From contig JAEUTI010000096.1 of assembly GCA_016788065.1 (NCBI GenBank), positions 58,065 through 122,064 of the forward strand: 64,000 nt of DNA. Reading direction: 5' to 3'. A program made the position numbers and the translations under genes. Positions 1 to 10,645 of this stretch are shown here, piece by piece. The notes beneath the pieces are model-generated. The model did not search any database. It was given only the letters and a program-made list of their open reading frames with translations, and had not been told where the DNA came from. The DNA is from Bacteroidia bacterium. GTDB taxonomy: Bacteria; Bacteroidota; Bacteroidia; AKYH767-A; OLB10. The first letter of the stretch is position 1; each line of letters begins with the position of its first letter.

Positions 1-1
1 C

Positions 2-307
2 GATATAGATACCGCAGTTCCTTGTGGATTGATCATAAATGAATTGGTATCGAACACACTTAAGCATGCGTTTGCTGAGAATCAAAAAGGTGAACTCAGG
101 GTAACATTCCGGAAAATGCCCGATGATTTGCTCAGGCTTACAATTGCCGATACGGGTAAAGGAATGCCGGAAGGGTTCGACTTTGAAGAAGCTGATTCAT
201 TGGGAATGCAACTTATAAATGCCTTATCAAATCAATTGGATGCCAAACTGACACTCATAAATGAGGGTGGCTGTACCTTTATTCTGGATTTTAAACCAGC
301 CCATTAA
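2..307 (+). CDS. Sensor histidine kinase, C-terminal HATPase_c fragment (5' end outside the window)
   Basis: The frame is open from base 2 (DIDTAVPCGLIINELVSNTLKHAF...). It has an N-box-like 'NELVSNTLKHAF' and a G-box 'DTGKGMPEG'. It sits directly upstream of a response regulator. Confidence 0.75.
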   Translation, partial: DIDTAVPCGLIINELVSNTLKHAFAENQKGELRVTFRKMPDDLLRLTIADTGKGMPEGFDFEEADSLGMQLINALSNQLDAKLTLINEGGCTFILDFKPAH

Positions 308-415
308 TCATTCATTTATTTGAATATCAATATTTTATATTAACTTTTCAAAAAGACAAATAGGAGTAGTAATAACCGCCAGAAAACTATATTTTTGGAG
401 TGTAAACCAAAAGAA

Positions 416-1540
416 ATGAGTAAGATTAAAATATTAGTCGTAGAAGACGAATCCATAGTAGCGAAAGACATCCAGAATACTTTGATCAGACTTGGTTATG
501 ATGTGCCTGCAACTGCATCAAATGCTGCCAGTGCATTTCAAAAACTTGATGACATAATGCCTGATTTGGTTTTTCTGGACATAAAGCTAAAAGGTGATAT
601 AGATGGAATTGAAATTGCTGAAAAAATTAAAAACAGTTACGAAATCCCGGTCATATTCCTCACCTCTTTTGTAGATAAGACCACCTTAGACCGTGCTAAA
701 GTAACTGAGCCATACGGATATATTGTGAAGCCTTTTAACGAATCCGATTTACAAACAACTGTTGAGATGGCTCTTTACAAATTCGAGAAGGATAAAGAAA
801 CCAAATACAATAAAGAGCGCTATGAAAATGCTCTTGTAAATCTGGATGAAGCCATTGTAATTCTGGACATCAACTATGGTGTTACATTCCTGAATCCTAA
901 AGCAGAAAACCTTGCGGGCTATGGAAATGAAACTGCTGCAGGCAAGGATTTGTTTTCTATTTTGAAAATTGAGAACGAATTACATGAATCACTTACTAAA
1001 GAACAAATCAGTGAAAAGATTAAGACAGATAAAATCTGTGAACTGAAAGGTGCTTCGGTAACATTTAGCCGTGATCAGTCAGTACACAAATCGGATCTTA
1101 CCATTTCTCCTGTTCGTGATGAGAAAGATACGCTGATCGGTTATGCCTTAGTTATTCGTAAGCAGGGCGCTGCTGCTTCTTCAGGCTCAAATCCCGGTTC
1201 ACCGGAGCAAATGGAAAGTCTGGTTATACAAAATTCATTTTTTGTAAAGAAAGGCTCCATGCTTGTCAAAGTATTTTTAGAAAATATCAACTGGATTCAG
1301 GCAATGGATAATTATGTTATTATTGCTACCAACACTGACCAGTTTGTGGTACACTCTACCATGAAAGATATTGAAATGAAATTACCCGGTGAGAAATTCT
1401 TAAGGGTGCATCGCTCCTATATAATTCCTATTGAAAAAATAAACGTACTTGATGAAAACACCGTTTTAATTGGCGACAAAACAATTCCTGTTGGAAAATC
1501 ATACAAAGACACCTTCATGAACAGGTTGAACTTTTTATAA
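416..1540 (+). CDS. Response regulator with REC, PAS and LytTR DNA-binding domains
   Basis: An ATG at 416 gives MSKIKILVVEDE, whereas the ORF-track start at 395 is a TTG. The receiver carries the D-box 'LVFLDIKL'. A central PAS-like segment (LDEAIVILDINYGVTFLNPKAENLAGY) is followed by a C-terminal LytTR-type region (NYVIIAT...FLRVHRSYIIPIEKI). Confidence 0.8.
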   Translation: MSKIKILVVEDESIVAKDIQNTLIRLGYDVPATASNAASAFQKLDDIMPDLVFLDIKLKGDIDGIEIAEKIKNSYEIPVIFLTSFVDKTTLDRAKVTEPYGYIVKPFNESDLQTTVEMALYKFEKDKETKYNKERYENALVNLDEAIVILDINYGVTFLNPKAENLAGYGNETAAGKDLFSILKIENELHESLTKEQISEKIKTDKICELKGASVTFSRDQSVHKSDLTISPVRDEKDTLIGYALVIRKQGAAASSGSNPGSPEQMESLVIQNSFFVKKGSMLVKVFLENINWIQAMDNYVIIATNTDQFVVHSTMKDIEMKLPGEKFLRVHRSYIIPIEKINVLDENTVLIGDKTIPVGKSYKDTFMNRLNFL

Positions 1541-1582
1541 GTCGTTTGTTTGTGATCAGAAAATAAAGAAATCATTGAAAAT

Positions 1583-1617
1583 AAAAAAGGAGGCTATCAA
1601 ATGACAGCCTCCTTTTT
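1583..1617. terminator. Bidirectional rho-independent terminator between the convergent regulator gene and dnaK
   Basis: The GGAGGCT/AGCCTCC stem (1589-1612) is flanked by an A-run on the left and a T-run on the right. Confidence 0.7.
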
Positions 1618-1635
1618 ATTTATAACACTTTGTGA

Positions 1636-3558
1636 TTACTTCTTGTCTTCTTTCACTTCTTCAAAATCGACATCAGTAACGTTTCCATCTGCAGAAGCAT
1701 TTGCTTCAGACTGTCCGGCATTACCTGGATTAGCCTGTCCTGCATTAGGATTTTCCTGAGTTGCTTTATACATTTCCTCAGAAGCTACCTGCCATGCGCT
1801 GTTTAAAGTTGCCATTGCAGCATCAATACCTGCGATATCTCTGTTTTTATGAGCTTCTTTCAAGTCAGCAAGACCTTTTTCAATCGGAGCTTTTTTATCA
1901 GCTGAAAGTTTGTCGCCGAATTCCGTCAACTGTTTTTCAGTTTGGAAAATCAAAGAATCAGCCTGATTTACTTTATCAACTTCTTCTTTAGCTTTACGAT
2001 CGGCTTCAGCATTTGCTTCTGCTTCCTGTTTCATCTTCTTGATTTCAGCATCAGTTAATCCGCTGGAAGCTTCGATACGAATATTCTGGCTCTTACCTGT
2101 TGCTTTATCTTTAGCTGTTACATTAAGGATACCGTTGGCATCAATATCAAAGATAACTTCAATCTGAGGAATTCCTCTTGGTGCAGGTGGTAACCCATCC
2201 AAATGGAAGCGACCGATAGTTCTGTTGTCTTTTGCCATTGGACGTTCGCCCTGCAATACATGAATTTCAACTGAAGGTTGATTATCGGATGCAGTCGAGA
2301 ATGTTTCTGACTTTCTGGTAGGGATGGTTGTATTGGATTCAATAAGTTTTGTTGAAACACCACCCAGCGTTTCAATACCAAGTGAAAGCGGAGTTACATC
2401 AAGCAACAACACATCTTTTACTTCACCGGTAAGTACAGCACCTTGAATAGCGGCACCAACAGCAACTACTTCATCAGGGTTAACACCTTTAGAAGGCTTC
2501 TTACCAAAAAACTTCTCAACTAATTCCTGAATTGCAGGAATACGTGTTGAACCACCCACTAAAATCACTTCATCAATTTCGTTTGGAGCGAGTTTAGCAT
2601 CACTAAGCGCTTTTTTACAAGGCTCAAGTGTACGTTGAATGAGTGAATCTGCAAGCTTCTCGAACTGAGCTCTTGTCAAAGTTTTAACAAGGTGCTTTGG
2701 AATACCATCAACAGGCATGATATACGGCAGATTGATTTCTGTCTGTGCAGAACTTGAAAGTTCAATTTTAGCTTTTTCTGCAGCTTCTTTCAAACGTTGC
2801 ATAGCCATTGGGTCTTTACGTAAGTCGAGACCTTCATCTTTCTTAAATTCTTCAGCTAACCAATCGATGATCACCTGATCAAAGTCATCACCACCAAGGT
2901 GGGTATCACCATTTGTAGATTTTACTTCAAATACGCCTTCTCCCAATTCAAGAACTGAGATATCGAATGTACCACCACCAAGATCGAAAACTGCAACTTT
3001 AGTATCAGTATGCTTTTTATCGAGACCATATGCCAGAGCTGCAGCAGTTGGCTCATTAATGATACGAAGCACTTTCAATCCTGAAATTTCTCCTGCTTCT
3101 TTGGTAGCCTGACGTTGTGCATCATTAAAATATGCAGGAACAGTGATAACTGCTTCTGTTACTTCATGTCCAAGATAATCTTCAGCGGTTTTCTTCATTT
3201 TCTGAAGAACCATTGCCGAAATTTCCTGTGGAGTATATAAACGATCAGCTATTTTTACCCGTGGTGTATTATTGTCGCCCTTTATAACTGTATAAGGAAC
3301 ACGTGAAATTTCAGTCGATACCTTATCGAAGGTTTCTCCCATAAATCGTTTAATAGATGCTATGGTTTGAGTCGGATTTGTAATCGCCTGACGTTTTGCA
3401 GGGTCACCAACTTTACGCTCACCATCCTTAATAAACGCTACAATTGAAGGTGTTGTACGACGTCCTTCACTATTTGGTATTACTACCGGTTCATTACCTT
3501 CCATTACTGCCACACAAGAGTTGGTAGTACCAAGGTCAATTCCAATTACTTTTCTCAT
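1636..3558 (-). CDS. dnaK: Molecular chaperone DnaK (Hsp70)
   Basis: Full-length Hsp70 signatures are present: [35 protein letters not shown]. The C-terminal tail is acidic. Confidence 0.97.
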   Translation of the reverse strand: MRKVIGIDLGTTNSCVAVMEGNEPVVIPNSEGRRTTPSIVAFIKDGERKVGDPAKRQAITNPTQTIASIKRFMGETFDKVSTEISRVPYTVIKGDNNTPRVKIADRLYTPQEISAMVLQKMKKTAEDYLGHEVTEAVITVPAYFNDAQRQATKEAGEISGLKVLRIINEPTAAALAYGLDKKHTDTKVAVFDLGGGTFDISVLELGEGVFEVKSTNGDTHLGGDDFDQVIIDWLAEEFKKDEGLDLRKDPMAMQRLKEAAEKAKIELSSSAQTEINLPYIMPVDGIPKHLVKTLTRAQFEKLADSLIQRTLEPCKKALSDAKLAPNEIDEVILVGGSTRIPAIQELVEKFFGKKPSKGVNPDEVVAVGAAIQGAVLTGEVKDVLLLDVTPLSLGIETLGGVSTKLIESNTTIPTRKSETFSTASDNQPSVEIHVLQGERPMAKDNRTIGRFHLDGLPPAPRGIPQIEVIFDIDANGILNVTAKDKATGKSQNIRIEASSGLTDAEIKKMKQEAEANAEADRKAKEEVDKVNQADSLIFQTEKQLTEFGDKLSADKKAPIEKGLADLKEAHKNRDIAGIDAAMATLNSAWQVASEEMYKATQENPNAGQANPGNAGQSEANASADGNVTDVDFEEVKEDKK

Positions 3559-3706
3559 CGGTTTAAGTTGTTTTTATTGTACCCTCAGTAGTCAATGATT
3601 ATGCCACCCCGAAAATCAGGAAATTATGTCAGTTATGATTAAAAAATTGTGGCAGATTCAGTCAGCCTGACAAAACGACACGCTAAAACTGAAACACAGG
3701 TTCGGT

Positions 3707-4705
3707 TTATTGGAATCCCAGGTTACCTGTATAAGGTCCGGTTCTCAGTAAATCGAGTGATGGGGCATCCATAAATTTATTAGGTGAAACCTGAATAAAT
3801 CTGCTGGAGAAAATCCCTGTACCTCCTTCAACATTTGAATATTGAGGGATAGTGGTCAGAATACTGGTGGTTGCCTGATTGATACTTATATAATTCGCCA
3901 GAAATTCTGCTCCGGCAGTAAAAATAAAGTCCATTGATCCTGCAAATCGCTCTACAGAAGGATCCTCCTTAATTTTTGATGCTACGAATTTGTAAAAATC
4001 CTCACCATCAATCTCCTTCTCAATGGTTGTCACTTGCGAAGCATTGGAAACCAATATATTAGGAAATACCCAATCAATCGATTTTTGGGTGAGTGTACCA
4101 TTTGCTATTTCTTCTTCAGTGTATCGGAACCGAATAGTCAAATTATATACTTTCCCATTAGCAGCAGTTGCAAATTCAACTTTATATGGGAACTGGCTTG
4201 CCCAGCCAATGGTGGCTGCGGAATTTATTGCAGGTCTCTGAATCCGCATACTGTCAACAATTGGGGTTGTGGCAGAAAATTCGTAACCGGTCTGGTTATT
4301 TTTTACCTGGAGTTTGTATTCACTATCGCGGAAAATAGTTTCCCCGTTGGTTTTATAAAGAACATTCGGACTGGAAGGAAAAACACCTTCTGCCTTGTCA
4401 GGAGCGATATAACGAGTGAGTGGAATAGATCCTAAAACGGAACCATTTTTGATTCTAATCAATTGAACATCAAGAATATCGCCATAATATGTAGAATCAG
4501 GCACCTGAGCCATGGTAAGGGCATTCCCTTCTCCAAGAAATGCTCTTTGAATCCTTACATATTGAACAGTATCTTTAGGATTAATTAATCCGTATACCAC
4601 ACCGATTTCCTTGTACGGAGCAATCAGATCGATCTCATTATCGCAGGCCGAAAACAACATACTTCCGGCAATAAGTCCACAAATAGCAGTTAATTTCATA
4701 TTCAT
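3707..4705 (-). CDS. Hypothetical lipoprotein
   Basis: It has a signal peptide and lipobox (MNMKLTAICGLIAGSMLFSAC). I recognise no family. The start is chosen at the Met nearest the signal peptide. Confidence 0.5.
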   Translation of the reverse strand: MNMKLTAICGLIAGSMLFSACDNEIDLIAPYKEIGVVYGLINPKDTVQYVRIQRAFLGEGNALTMAQVPDSTYYGDILDVQLIRIKNGSVLGSIPLTRYIAPDKAEGVFPSSPNVLYKTNGETIFRDSEYKLQVKNNQTGYEFSATTPIVDSMRIQRPAINSAATIGWASQFPYKVEFATAANGKVYNLTIRFRYTEEEIANGTLTQKSIDWVFPNILVSNASQVTTIEKEIDGEDFYKFVASKIKEDPSVERFAGSMDFIFTAGAEFLANYISINQATTSILTTIPQYSNVEGGTGIFSSRFIQVSPNKFMDAPSLDLLRTGPYTGNLGFQ

Positions 4706-4738
4706 GCCCCAAAAGTAATACAAAGAAAGTTCACTTTT

Positions 4739-5983
4739 GTGGAAATTTGTACCTTTGAAACTTCATCACCAACTCCTTTGAATCGACTCAGCCTCCCGGT
4801 CCTGGTTACCGGCCTCCTTATTTGCCTGCTGGCAGTACCACAGCAACTTTTTTCACAGGTAGTGAAAGAAAAATTCGATAAGCTTATGCTTAGCGAGAAT
4901 TTCGATAGTATTAATACCTATTGGACCACATTGGCAAATGCCGAAAACCTATTCATAGTTCAAGACGGGGAATACATTCTTCAAAGGAAAGCGCCCAGTG
5001 CTCCTTATGCAATCATTGCCAATTTTGAAGAAGAATTCAGCGATTTTCGGGTCGTTGCTTCTATGAAACTCGACAAATCGATGAGCGATGATGCTACGGT
5101 TGGATTTCTTTTTATGATGCAACCGGAAGGACAAGGCGGATTTTTGTGTGAGATCAATAAAAAGAAAGAATTCAGACTCCGACAAATAGTCAACGGTTCT
5201 TATAAATACCTCACAGGCAATTCAAAAGATGGTGGATGGGTAAGAAGTTCGGCACTCAACGAGACCAACTTTTCGAACATGATTGAAATAAGGACTTTTA
5301 ACAGAAATTATGATTTGTATATCAATTCAGAATTCATCCTTTCTTTTGCTGAGCCTACTTACAAAACCGGCAAAATGGGATTGATCATCGGTCCTGCTTC
5401 CCGGGGTAAAATAGATTTTATTTATGTGTTTACCATCACTACTGCAGCTGAGGTTGCGGCAATTGCCAATACCCAAAAAGGAGAAAGCAGTCTTTCAATA
5501 GGAACCGGCCCTGATATGATTGAACTGGCAGAATCTATTATCAAACTCAAGACTCAGATTAACGGACTGAATGAAGAGAATGAAGATCTTCGAAAAACGA
5601 TTTCAGCAATGAAAACAGGGGATCAGGAACGTGATGTAACCATTAAAAATATGGAAAAACAGGTTAAGAACCTGCAAGATCAAATCAAAAAGAAAGAATT
5701 TTCGATGGACTCTCTGGCAAAAGTAAATACAGAACTTTTGAAGTATAAAGAGATGGTTGGTGGTAATGAAAATGCAGATTTGGTTATTACACTTTCCAAA
5801 GCAGTTAAGGCTGAAAAAGAAAAAAGCACCCAACTGGAACAGGAGAATAAAGAATTACGCGAGAAGCTTGGATTACCAAAAACGAATGGAACAAAGCCTG
5901 CAAAACCAAACAGCGGATCAGGCACTACTCCACCCGCTCCGAAAAAGGAACCTAATGTGTTTTCTTTGCCAAAAGACAACTAA
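4739..5983 (+). CDS. Hypothetical exported or membrane-anchored protein with a beta-rich N-terminal domain, a long coiled coil and a Pro/Lys-rich tail
   Basis: This is a 414-aa ORF with an N-terminal hydrophobic segment. A heptad-like Lys/Glu-rich stretch (about aa 255-380) is followed by the tail KPAKPNSGSGTTPPAPKK. The start is uncertain: GTG at 4739 or an in-frame TTG at 4778. Confidence 0.45.
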   Translation: MEICTFETSSPTPLNRLSLPVLVTGLLICLLAVPQQLFSQVVKEKFDKLMLSENFDSINTYWTTLANAENLFIVQDGEYILQRKAPSAPYAIIANFEEEFSDFRVVASMKLDKSMSDDATVGFLFMMQPEGQGGFLCEINKKKEFRLRQIVNGSYKYLTGNSKDGGWVRSSALNETNFSNMIEIRTFNRNYDLYINSEFILSFAEPTYKTGKMGLIIGPASRGKIDFIYVFTITTAAEVAAIANTQKGESSLSIGTGPDMIELAESIIKLKTQINGLNEENEDLRKTISAMKTGDQERDVTIKNMEKQVKNLQDQIKKKEFSMDSLAKVNTELLKYKEMVGGNENADLVITLSKAVKAEKEKSTQLEQENKELREKLGLPKTNGTKPAKPNSGSGTTPPAPKKEPNVFSLPKDN

Positions 5984-6040
5984 ATAATCTGGAACAGTAA
6001 TCTACGCTGCTTTCAGTCACCTCAATTAAGCCTGTTCATT

Positions 6041-6856
6041 ATGTCTACTCATGTTGAAATAAAAAAGGTCACTACCCATACGCTTCAGGAGATGAAGCGC
6101 AGGGGTGAGAAGATTTCTATGCTTACCGCCTATGACTTCAGCATGGCAAAAATTCTGGATGATGCCGGAATTGATGTGATACTTGTTGGAGATTCGGCCT
6201 CCAATGTTATGGCAGGACACGAAACTACATTACCTATTACTTTGGATCAGATGATTTACCATGCATCGTCCGTGGTAAGAGCTGTAAAAAGAGCTTTGGT
6301 GGTTGTCGATTTACCATTTGGTTCCTATCAGGGAAATTCAAAAGAAGCGTTGAATTCGGCTATTCGTATCATGAAAGAATCGGGTGCCCATGCTGTTAAG
6401 ATGGAAGGGGGCCGTGAAGTGTGTGATTCAGTTAGCAGGATTTTATCGGCTGGAGTACCGGTTATGGGACATCTGGGACTGACACCCCAATCGATTTACA
6501 AATTTGGTACTTATGTTGTGCGTGCCAAAGAAGAAGCTGAGGCTCACCGCTTACTTGAAGATGCCAAGATGCTTGAAGAGGCTGGTTGCTTCTCCATTGT
6601 ACTAGAAAAAATTCCTGCTGTACTTGCTACCCAGGTTGCCGGAACTATAAAAATTCCAATGATTGGCATTGGCGCCGGAAATGGTGTTGACGGACAGGTG
6701 TTGGTATTGCATGATATGCTTGGAATCAATAAAGAATTCAATCCAAGATTTCTGCGTCGTTATGCGGACTTGTATGAAACCATCAGACTGGCAACTATCA
6801 ATTACATTACAGATGTCAAAAGCACTGATTTCCCAAATGAAAAGGAACAGTATTGA
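6041..6856 (+). CDS. panB: 3-methyl-2-oxobutanoate hydroxymethyltransferase
   Basis: The typical PanB N-terminus is present ([51 protein letters not shown]). Confidence 0.92.
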   Translation: MSTHVEIKKVTTHTLQEMKRRGEKISMLTAYDFSMAKILDDAGIDVILVGDSASNVMAGHETTLPITLDQMIYHASSVVRAVKRALVVVDLPFGSYQGNSKEALNSAIRIMKESGAHAVKMEGGREVCDSVSRILSAGVPVMGHLGLTPQSIYKFGTYVVRAKEEAEAHRLLEDAKMLEEAGCFSIVLEKIPAVLATQVAGTIKIPMIGIGAGNGVDGQVLVLHDMLGINKEFNPRFLRRYADLYETIRLATINYITDVKSTDFPNEKEQY

Positions 6857-6881
6857 TTTTTCATTTTTATAAAATCCAGCA

Positions 6882-7565
6882 ATGCTCCGAATAATTTATG
6901 AAGACAATCACCTGATTGCAATTAATAAACGATCGGGAGATATTGTGCAAGGTGACAAAACCGGAGATAAACCTCTGAGTGATGATGTAAAAGAATACAT
7001 CAAAACTAAATACAACAAACCGGGCGAAGTTTTTTTAGGAACTATTCACCGCATTGATCGTCCGGTAACAGGAATAGTTTTATTTGCCCGAACCAGTAAA
7101 GCATTAGAACGAATGAATGAACAGTTCCGGGAAAGAGAAGTAGAAAAAGTTTATTGGGCTATTGTAAAAAAAACTCCTGAGATTCCGGAAGCTACACTAG
7201 TTCACTTCCTTACCAAAGACGAATCAAAAAATAAATCCAGAGCCTATCTCGTTGAAAAAAAAGGAACTTCCAGGTGTGAATTAAAATATTCAACATTAGT
7301 AAAAGCTGATAATTATACCTTGCTTCAGGTTAATCCAATGACGGGCAGGCATCATCAGATCAGAGTTCAACTCTCTGCAATTGGGAGTCCTATTAAAGGC
7401 GACTTGAAGTATGGTGCAGAACGAAGTAACCCGGATGGTTCCATTTCATTACATGCCCGCAAACTAACCTTTACCCATCCTGTTACTAAGGAAAACATTA
7501 CGCTGGAAGCACGACCACCTGATGATCCATTATGGAATTACTTTCTGCAGCAGGTACAAAATTAA
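6882..7565 (+). CDS. RluA-family RNA pseudouridine synthase
   Basis: The catalytic motif HRIDRPVTGIVLFARTSKA is present, together with GRHHQIRVQL. Confidence 0.85.
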   Translation: MLRIIYEDNHLIAINKRSGDIVQGDKTGDKPLSDDVKEYIKTKYNKPGEVFLGTIHRIDRPVTGIVLFARTSKALERMNEQFREREVEKVYWAIVKKTPEIPEATLVHFLTKDESKNKSRAYLVEKKGTSRCELKYSTLVKADNYTLLQVNPMTGRHHQIRVQLSAIGSPIKGDLKYGAERSNPDGSISLHARKLTFTHPVTKENITLEARPPDDPLWNYFLQQVQN

Positions 7566-7569
7566 AAAC

Positions 7570-8271
7570 TCAGTTCCTTACCAGCAACCGAAAACCATTA
7601 CTGTGTACATTTAAAATTTCGATTACCGGATCTGACTTGAAATACTTTCTTAATCTGGTAAGGAATACATCCATACTTCGACCGGTAAAATAAGAATCTT
7701 CTCCCCAGATTAATTTTAGTGCTTTTTCACGAGGCAGTACATCATTAACATGCAAACAAAGCAATCGCAACAAATCGGATTCCCGGGGTGAAAGTTTAAA
7801 CTGCAATTGAGAATTATTTAAAATTCTTTGACGGCTATTAAAAGTAAAACTTCCAATTACGAATTCAAACTGCTCATCATCATTTCCTGTTTTAGTATCT
7901 GTCCTTTTTAATAAAGCCTTAAGTTTCAAAAGCAGAATTTCAGAATCAAAAGGTTTGGTAATATAATCATCAGCTCCGGCATTAAACCCGGCAACCAAAT
8001 CCGCTTTCATAGTTTTTGCAGTCAGAAAAACCAATGGAATACCGGGATTAACCTTTCTGATTTCAATAGCAAGCGAATACCCGTCGAGTTCAGGCATCAT
8101 AACATCCAAAATACACAAATCGAATTGCTCATTAATAAACCGACTCCACCCATTTTTACCATCATTACATAAAACAACATCATAATTATTAATCATCAGA
8201 TAATCCCGAAGCACAGCTCCAAAATTAGGATCATCTTCAACCAACAATATTTTGCATCTTGTTTTCATCAT
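7570..8271 (-). CDS. OmpR/PhoB-type response regulator (REC plus winged helix)
   Basis: It has KILLVEDDPNF, a LDVMMPELDG receiver and a C-terminal Trans_reg_C-like region (LSPRESDLLRLL...FLTRLRKY). Confidence 0.85.
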   Translation of the reverse strand: MMKTRCKILLVEDDPNFGAVLRDYLMINNYDVVLCNDGKNGWSRFINEQFDLCILDVMMPELDGYSLAIEIRKVNPGIPLVFLTAKTMKADLVAGFNAGADDYITKPFDSEILLLKLKALLKRTDTKTGNDDEQFEFVIGSFTFNSRQRILNNSQLQFKLSPRESDLLRLLCLHVNDVLPREKALKLIWGEDSYFTGRSMDVFLTRLRKYFKSDPVIEILNVHSNGFRLLVRN

Positions 8272-8277
8272 GTTGAT

Positions 8278-9924
8278 TTAGTTTCCTGCTAAAGGAATAG
8301 TAACATAAAAAGAACTCCCTTTGCCGGGTTCACTTGTAACCCGAATTGTTCCATTGTGGGCAGTTACAATGGCTTTTACATAATTCAGGCCAAGTCCGAA
8401 ACCTTTCACCTGATGTAAATTTCCGGTTGGGACACGATAAAATTTATCAAATATTTTCGCCGTGGTTTCCGGCGACATTCCAATGCCATTATCTTTCACA
8501 ATAAATGTAATAGAAGAGCCATCCGTTTCTGTCACCACATCTACCATGGGCACCTGATTGCAATACTTAAGGGCATTATCCAGAAGATTCAATATGACTA
8601 CCGGAAAAAATGTACGATCCGCAAGTATTTTACTCCGTGAAGCTTTAAAGTCGACTTTAATAGCACCACCTTTTTCTTCGAACTGAACCTTCATTTTTGC
8701 GACTGCATCATTTAAGATTTCATGAAGATCAATACTCTTAAGATCCGGTATGAATGCACGTTTATCGAAAATTGCCATTTGCAAAATATTCTCCACATGG
8801 TTATTCATTCGCTCATTCTCATCCTTAATGATAGATGTAAAATAAGATACTTTTACCGGATCATCCGAAACATTTTTATTCGTCAATGCATCGGCAGCAA
8901 GTCGAATTGTTGCAATAGGAGTTTTAAACTCATGAGTCATGTTATTGATAAAATCAGTTCTGATGTCATCGAGTTTCTTTTGTCGGAAAATGATATAGAT
9001 AGTATAAGAAAATGCTACAATAACGATCAAAGTGAACAAACCGGAACCCAGCAACATTAACCACATAGATGACACCAGATAACTAAAAGTATCAGGGAAC
9101 CGAACCTCTACCCTATCGTTTCTGCTAACAATATCACCAGGAAAAAGCAATGCATCATAAATTTTCGATTCATTATTTATCTCACCCCTTGACCAGATCA
9201 CGCTGTCGGTTAAACCATTGATTACCGAAATGCTGTATGGTATAGAAACGCCAGCTTTATTCAATTCGTTTGTTATTACAGAATCAATAGTTTTAGGCTT
9301 CACACGATCACTCAGTAAAAAATCCTTCTGCCCCAGTTCTAAAGCCATTTTACGTATAACCTTTTCCACTTTGCCCAGTTTTAATTTCACTTTATCTTTG
9401 GAAATAATCAACTGTTGTTTCCCGGACATCTTATCATCTGAAAATTCAACTTCCTCATCCTCTGAAAATGTGGCACTTGCGGAGGCATGATTTCCTGTTT
9501 TTAGCTTAATGGTAACATTAGAAGAAGAATCGTCAATGCTTTTTTTAATATAAACAGCAGTGCCGTTTGTGCCTGGTTCAACTATCTCTTCCGGATCCTG
9601 CAAATCATCCAGCACAGAAATTTTTTCATTGATAGTAGTGAGTTCCATCAAAACAGTATCATTCAAAGACTTCCATTCGTGATTCTGAAAAACACTTTCT
9701 ACAGAATCAACAAAGTCATGTTGAAAGCTTTTACTGATAATACTGAGAGATTCGCCTGTTTCCAGTTCAGTGGCTGCATTAATAAGAGCCTCCTGAACCT
9801 TGTCATCGAATTTTTGACGGCGTAAGTCAATATCCTGTGAGATCCAGTTAATCTGAAGCAAAATGAGACCTAATAGGGCAAAACCCATCAAAAAGGCAAT
9901 GAATATGATCTTTTGCTTTTTCAT
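8278..9924 (-). CDS. Membrane sensor histidine kinase (HisKA plus HATPase_c), partner of the upstream regulator
   Basis: It has an H-box (FINNMTHEFKTPIATI), an N-box (LLDNALKY) and G-boxes (DNGIGM, GFGLGL), plus two TM segments. The start is set at MKKQK (9924); the ORF is open up to 9963. Confidence 0.85.
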   Translation of the reverse strand: MKKQKIIFIAFLMGFALLGLILLQINWISQDIDLRRQKFDDKVQEALINAATELETGESLSIISKSFQHDFVDSVESVFQNHEWKSLNDTVLMELTTINEKISVLDDLQDPEEIVEPGTNGTAVYIKKSIDDSSSNVTIKLKTGNHASASATFSEDEEVEFSDDKMSGKQQLIISKDKVKLKLGKVEKVIRKMALELGQKDFLLSDRVKPKTIDSVITNELNKAGVSIPYSISVINGLTDSVIWSRGEINNESKIYDALLFPGDIVSRNDRVEVRFPDTFSYLVSSMWLMLLGSGLFTLIVIVAFSYTIYIIFRQKKLDDIRTDFINNMTHEFKTPIATIRLAADALTNKNVSDDPVKVSYFTSIIKDENERMNNHVENILQMAIFDKRAFIPDLKSIDLHEILNDAVAKMKVQFEEKGGAIKVDFKASRSKILADRTFFPVVILNLLDNALKYCNQVPMVDVVTETDGSSITFIVKDNGIGMSPETTAKIFDKFYRVPTGNLHQVKGFGLGLNYVKAIVTAHNGTIRVTSEPGKGSSFYVTIPLAGN

Positions 9925-10098
9925 TTGATGCAAAAATACAGTGCAATTACTTGATTTGCACAAACTTTAACGTTTCATTAACAAAATTAAATTTCATCCA
10001 ACCGGGATAAGATCTTCAAAAAACTGTTAAAATAATTAAATACCAATCATTCAAACTATAACAGTTCATTATTGTTAAATGATTAAAATAATATACTA

Positions 10099-10641
10099 AT
10101 GAGAACCATATCGCTATTACTACTTGGATCAATCCTGACATTGACAATTACTTCCTGCGGCACCAAAGAAGCAGAAAAACCTGAAAAAGAGCGCATAAAT
10201 TCAGCTGATTTATACGAAGCAGAAAAACCAGCTTATGATGCCGCAGCTATCAATCCGGATGCGGCGGTTGTACCTATAACCATTATTGCAGATGGGAACA
10301 CCATGGTAGAAATGAAGTATGACCAAAAGGAAATTAAAGTAAAAGCTGGAACAACTGTGCAGTTAACACTAAAGAATAATAGTACAGATGCATCAATGCC
10401 ACACAATTGGGTTCTGGTTCATGAAGGTACGGCCGAAAGAGTGGCTACCGCTGGAATTGAAGCCGGGAAAGCTAAAAACTATGTCCCTGACTCAAAAGAT
10501 GTGCTTATTGCAACTACAATGACTGGTCCCGGTGAAACAGCTGTGATTACATTCCCAGCACCACCAGCAGGAAAGTATCAGTTCGTATGCACTTACCCCG
10601 GTCACTGGTCAATTATGAATGGTGAATTTATTGTAGAGTAA
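10099..10641 (+). CDS. Azurin-family blue copper protein, predicted lipoprotein
   Basis: A lipobox (LTITSCG) is present. The azurin type-1 copper ligand pattern is HNWVL ... CTYPGHWSIM (His, Cys, His, Met). The protein aligns along its whole length with my recollection of Pseudomonas azurin. Confidence 0.8.
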   Translation: MRTISLLLLGSILTLTITSCGTKEAEKPEKERINSADLYEAEKPAYDAAAINPDAAVVPITIIADGNTMVEMKYDQKEIKVKAGTTVQLTLKNNSTDASMPHNWVLVHEGTAERVATAGIEAGKAKNYVPDSKDVLIATTMTGPGETAVITFPAPPAGKYQFVCTYPGHWSIMNGEFIVE

Positions 10642-10645
10642 TTAA

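Noticed and set aside
4034-4435. This 133-aa antisense ORF, along with similar ones at 8722-9060, 18674-19042, 41865-42230, 48196-48522 and 54846-55187
   Set aside because: All are embedded antisense in confidently assigned genes, several of them highly conserved (ahcY, atpD, mazG). Their translations are compositionally odd. They are treated as chance ORFs in a moderately AT-rich genome.
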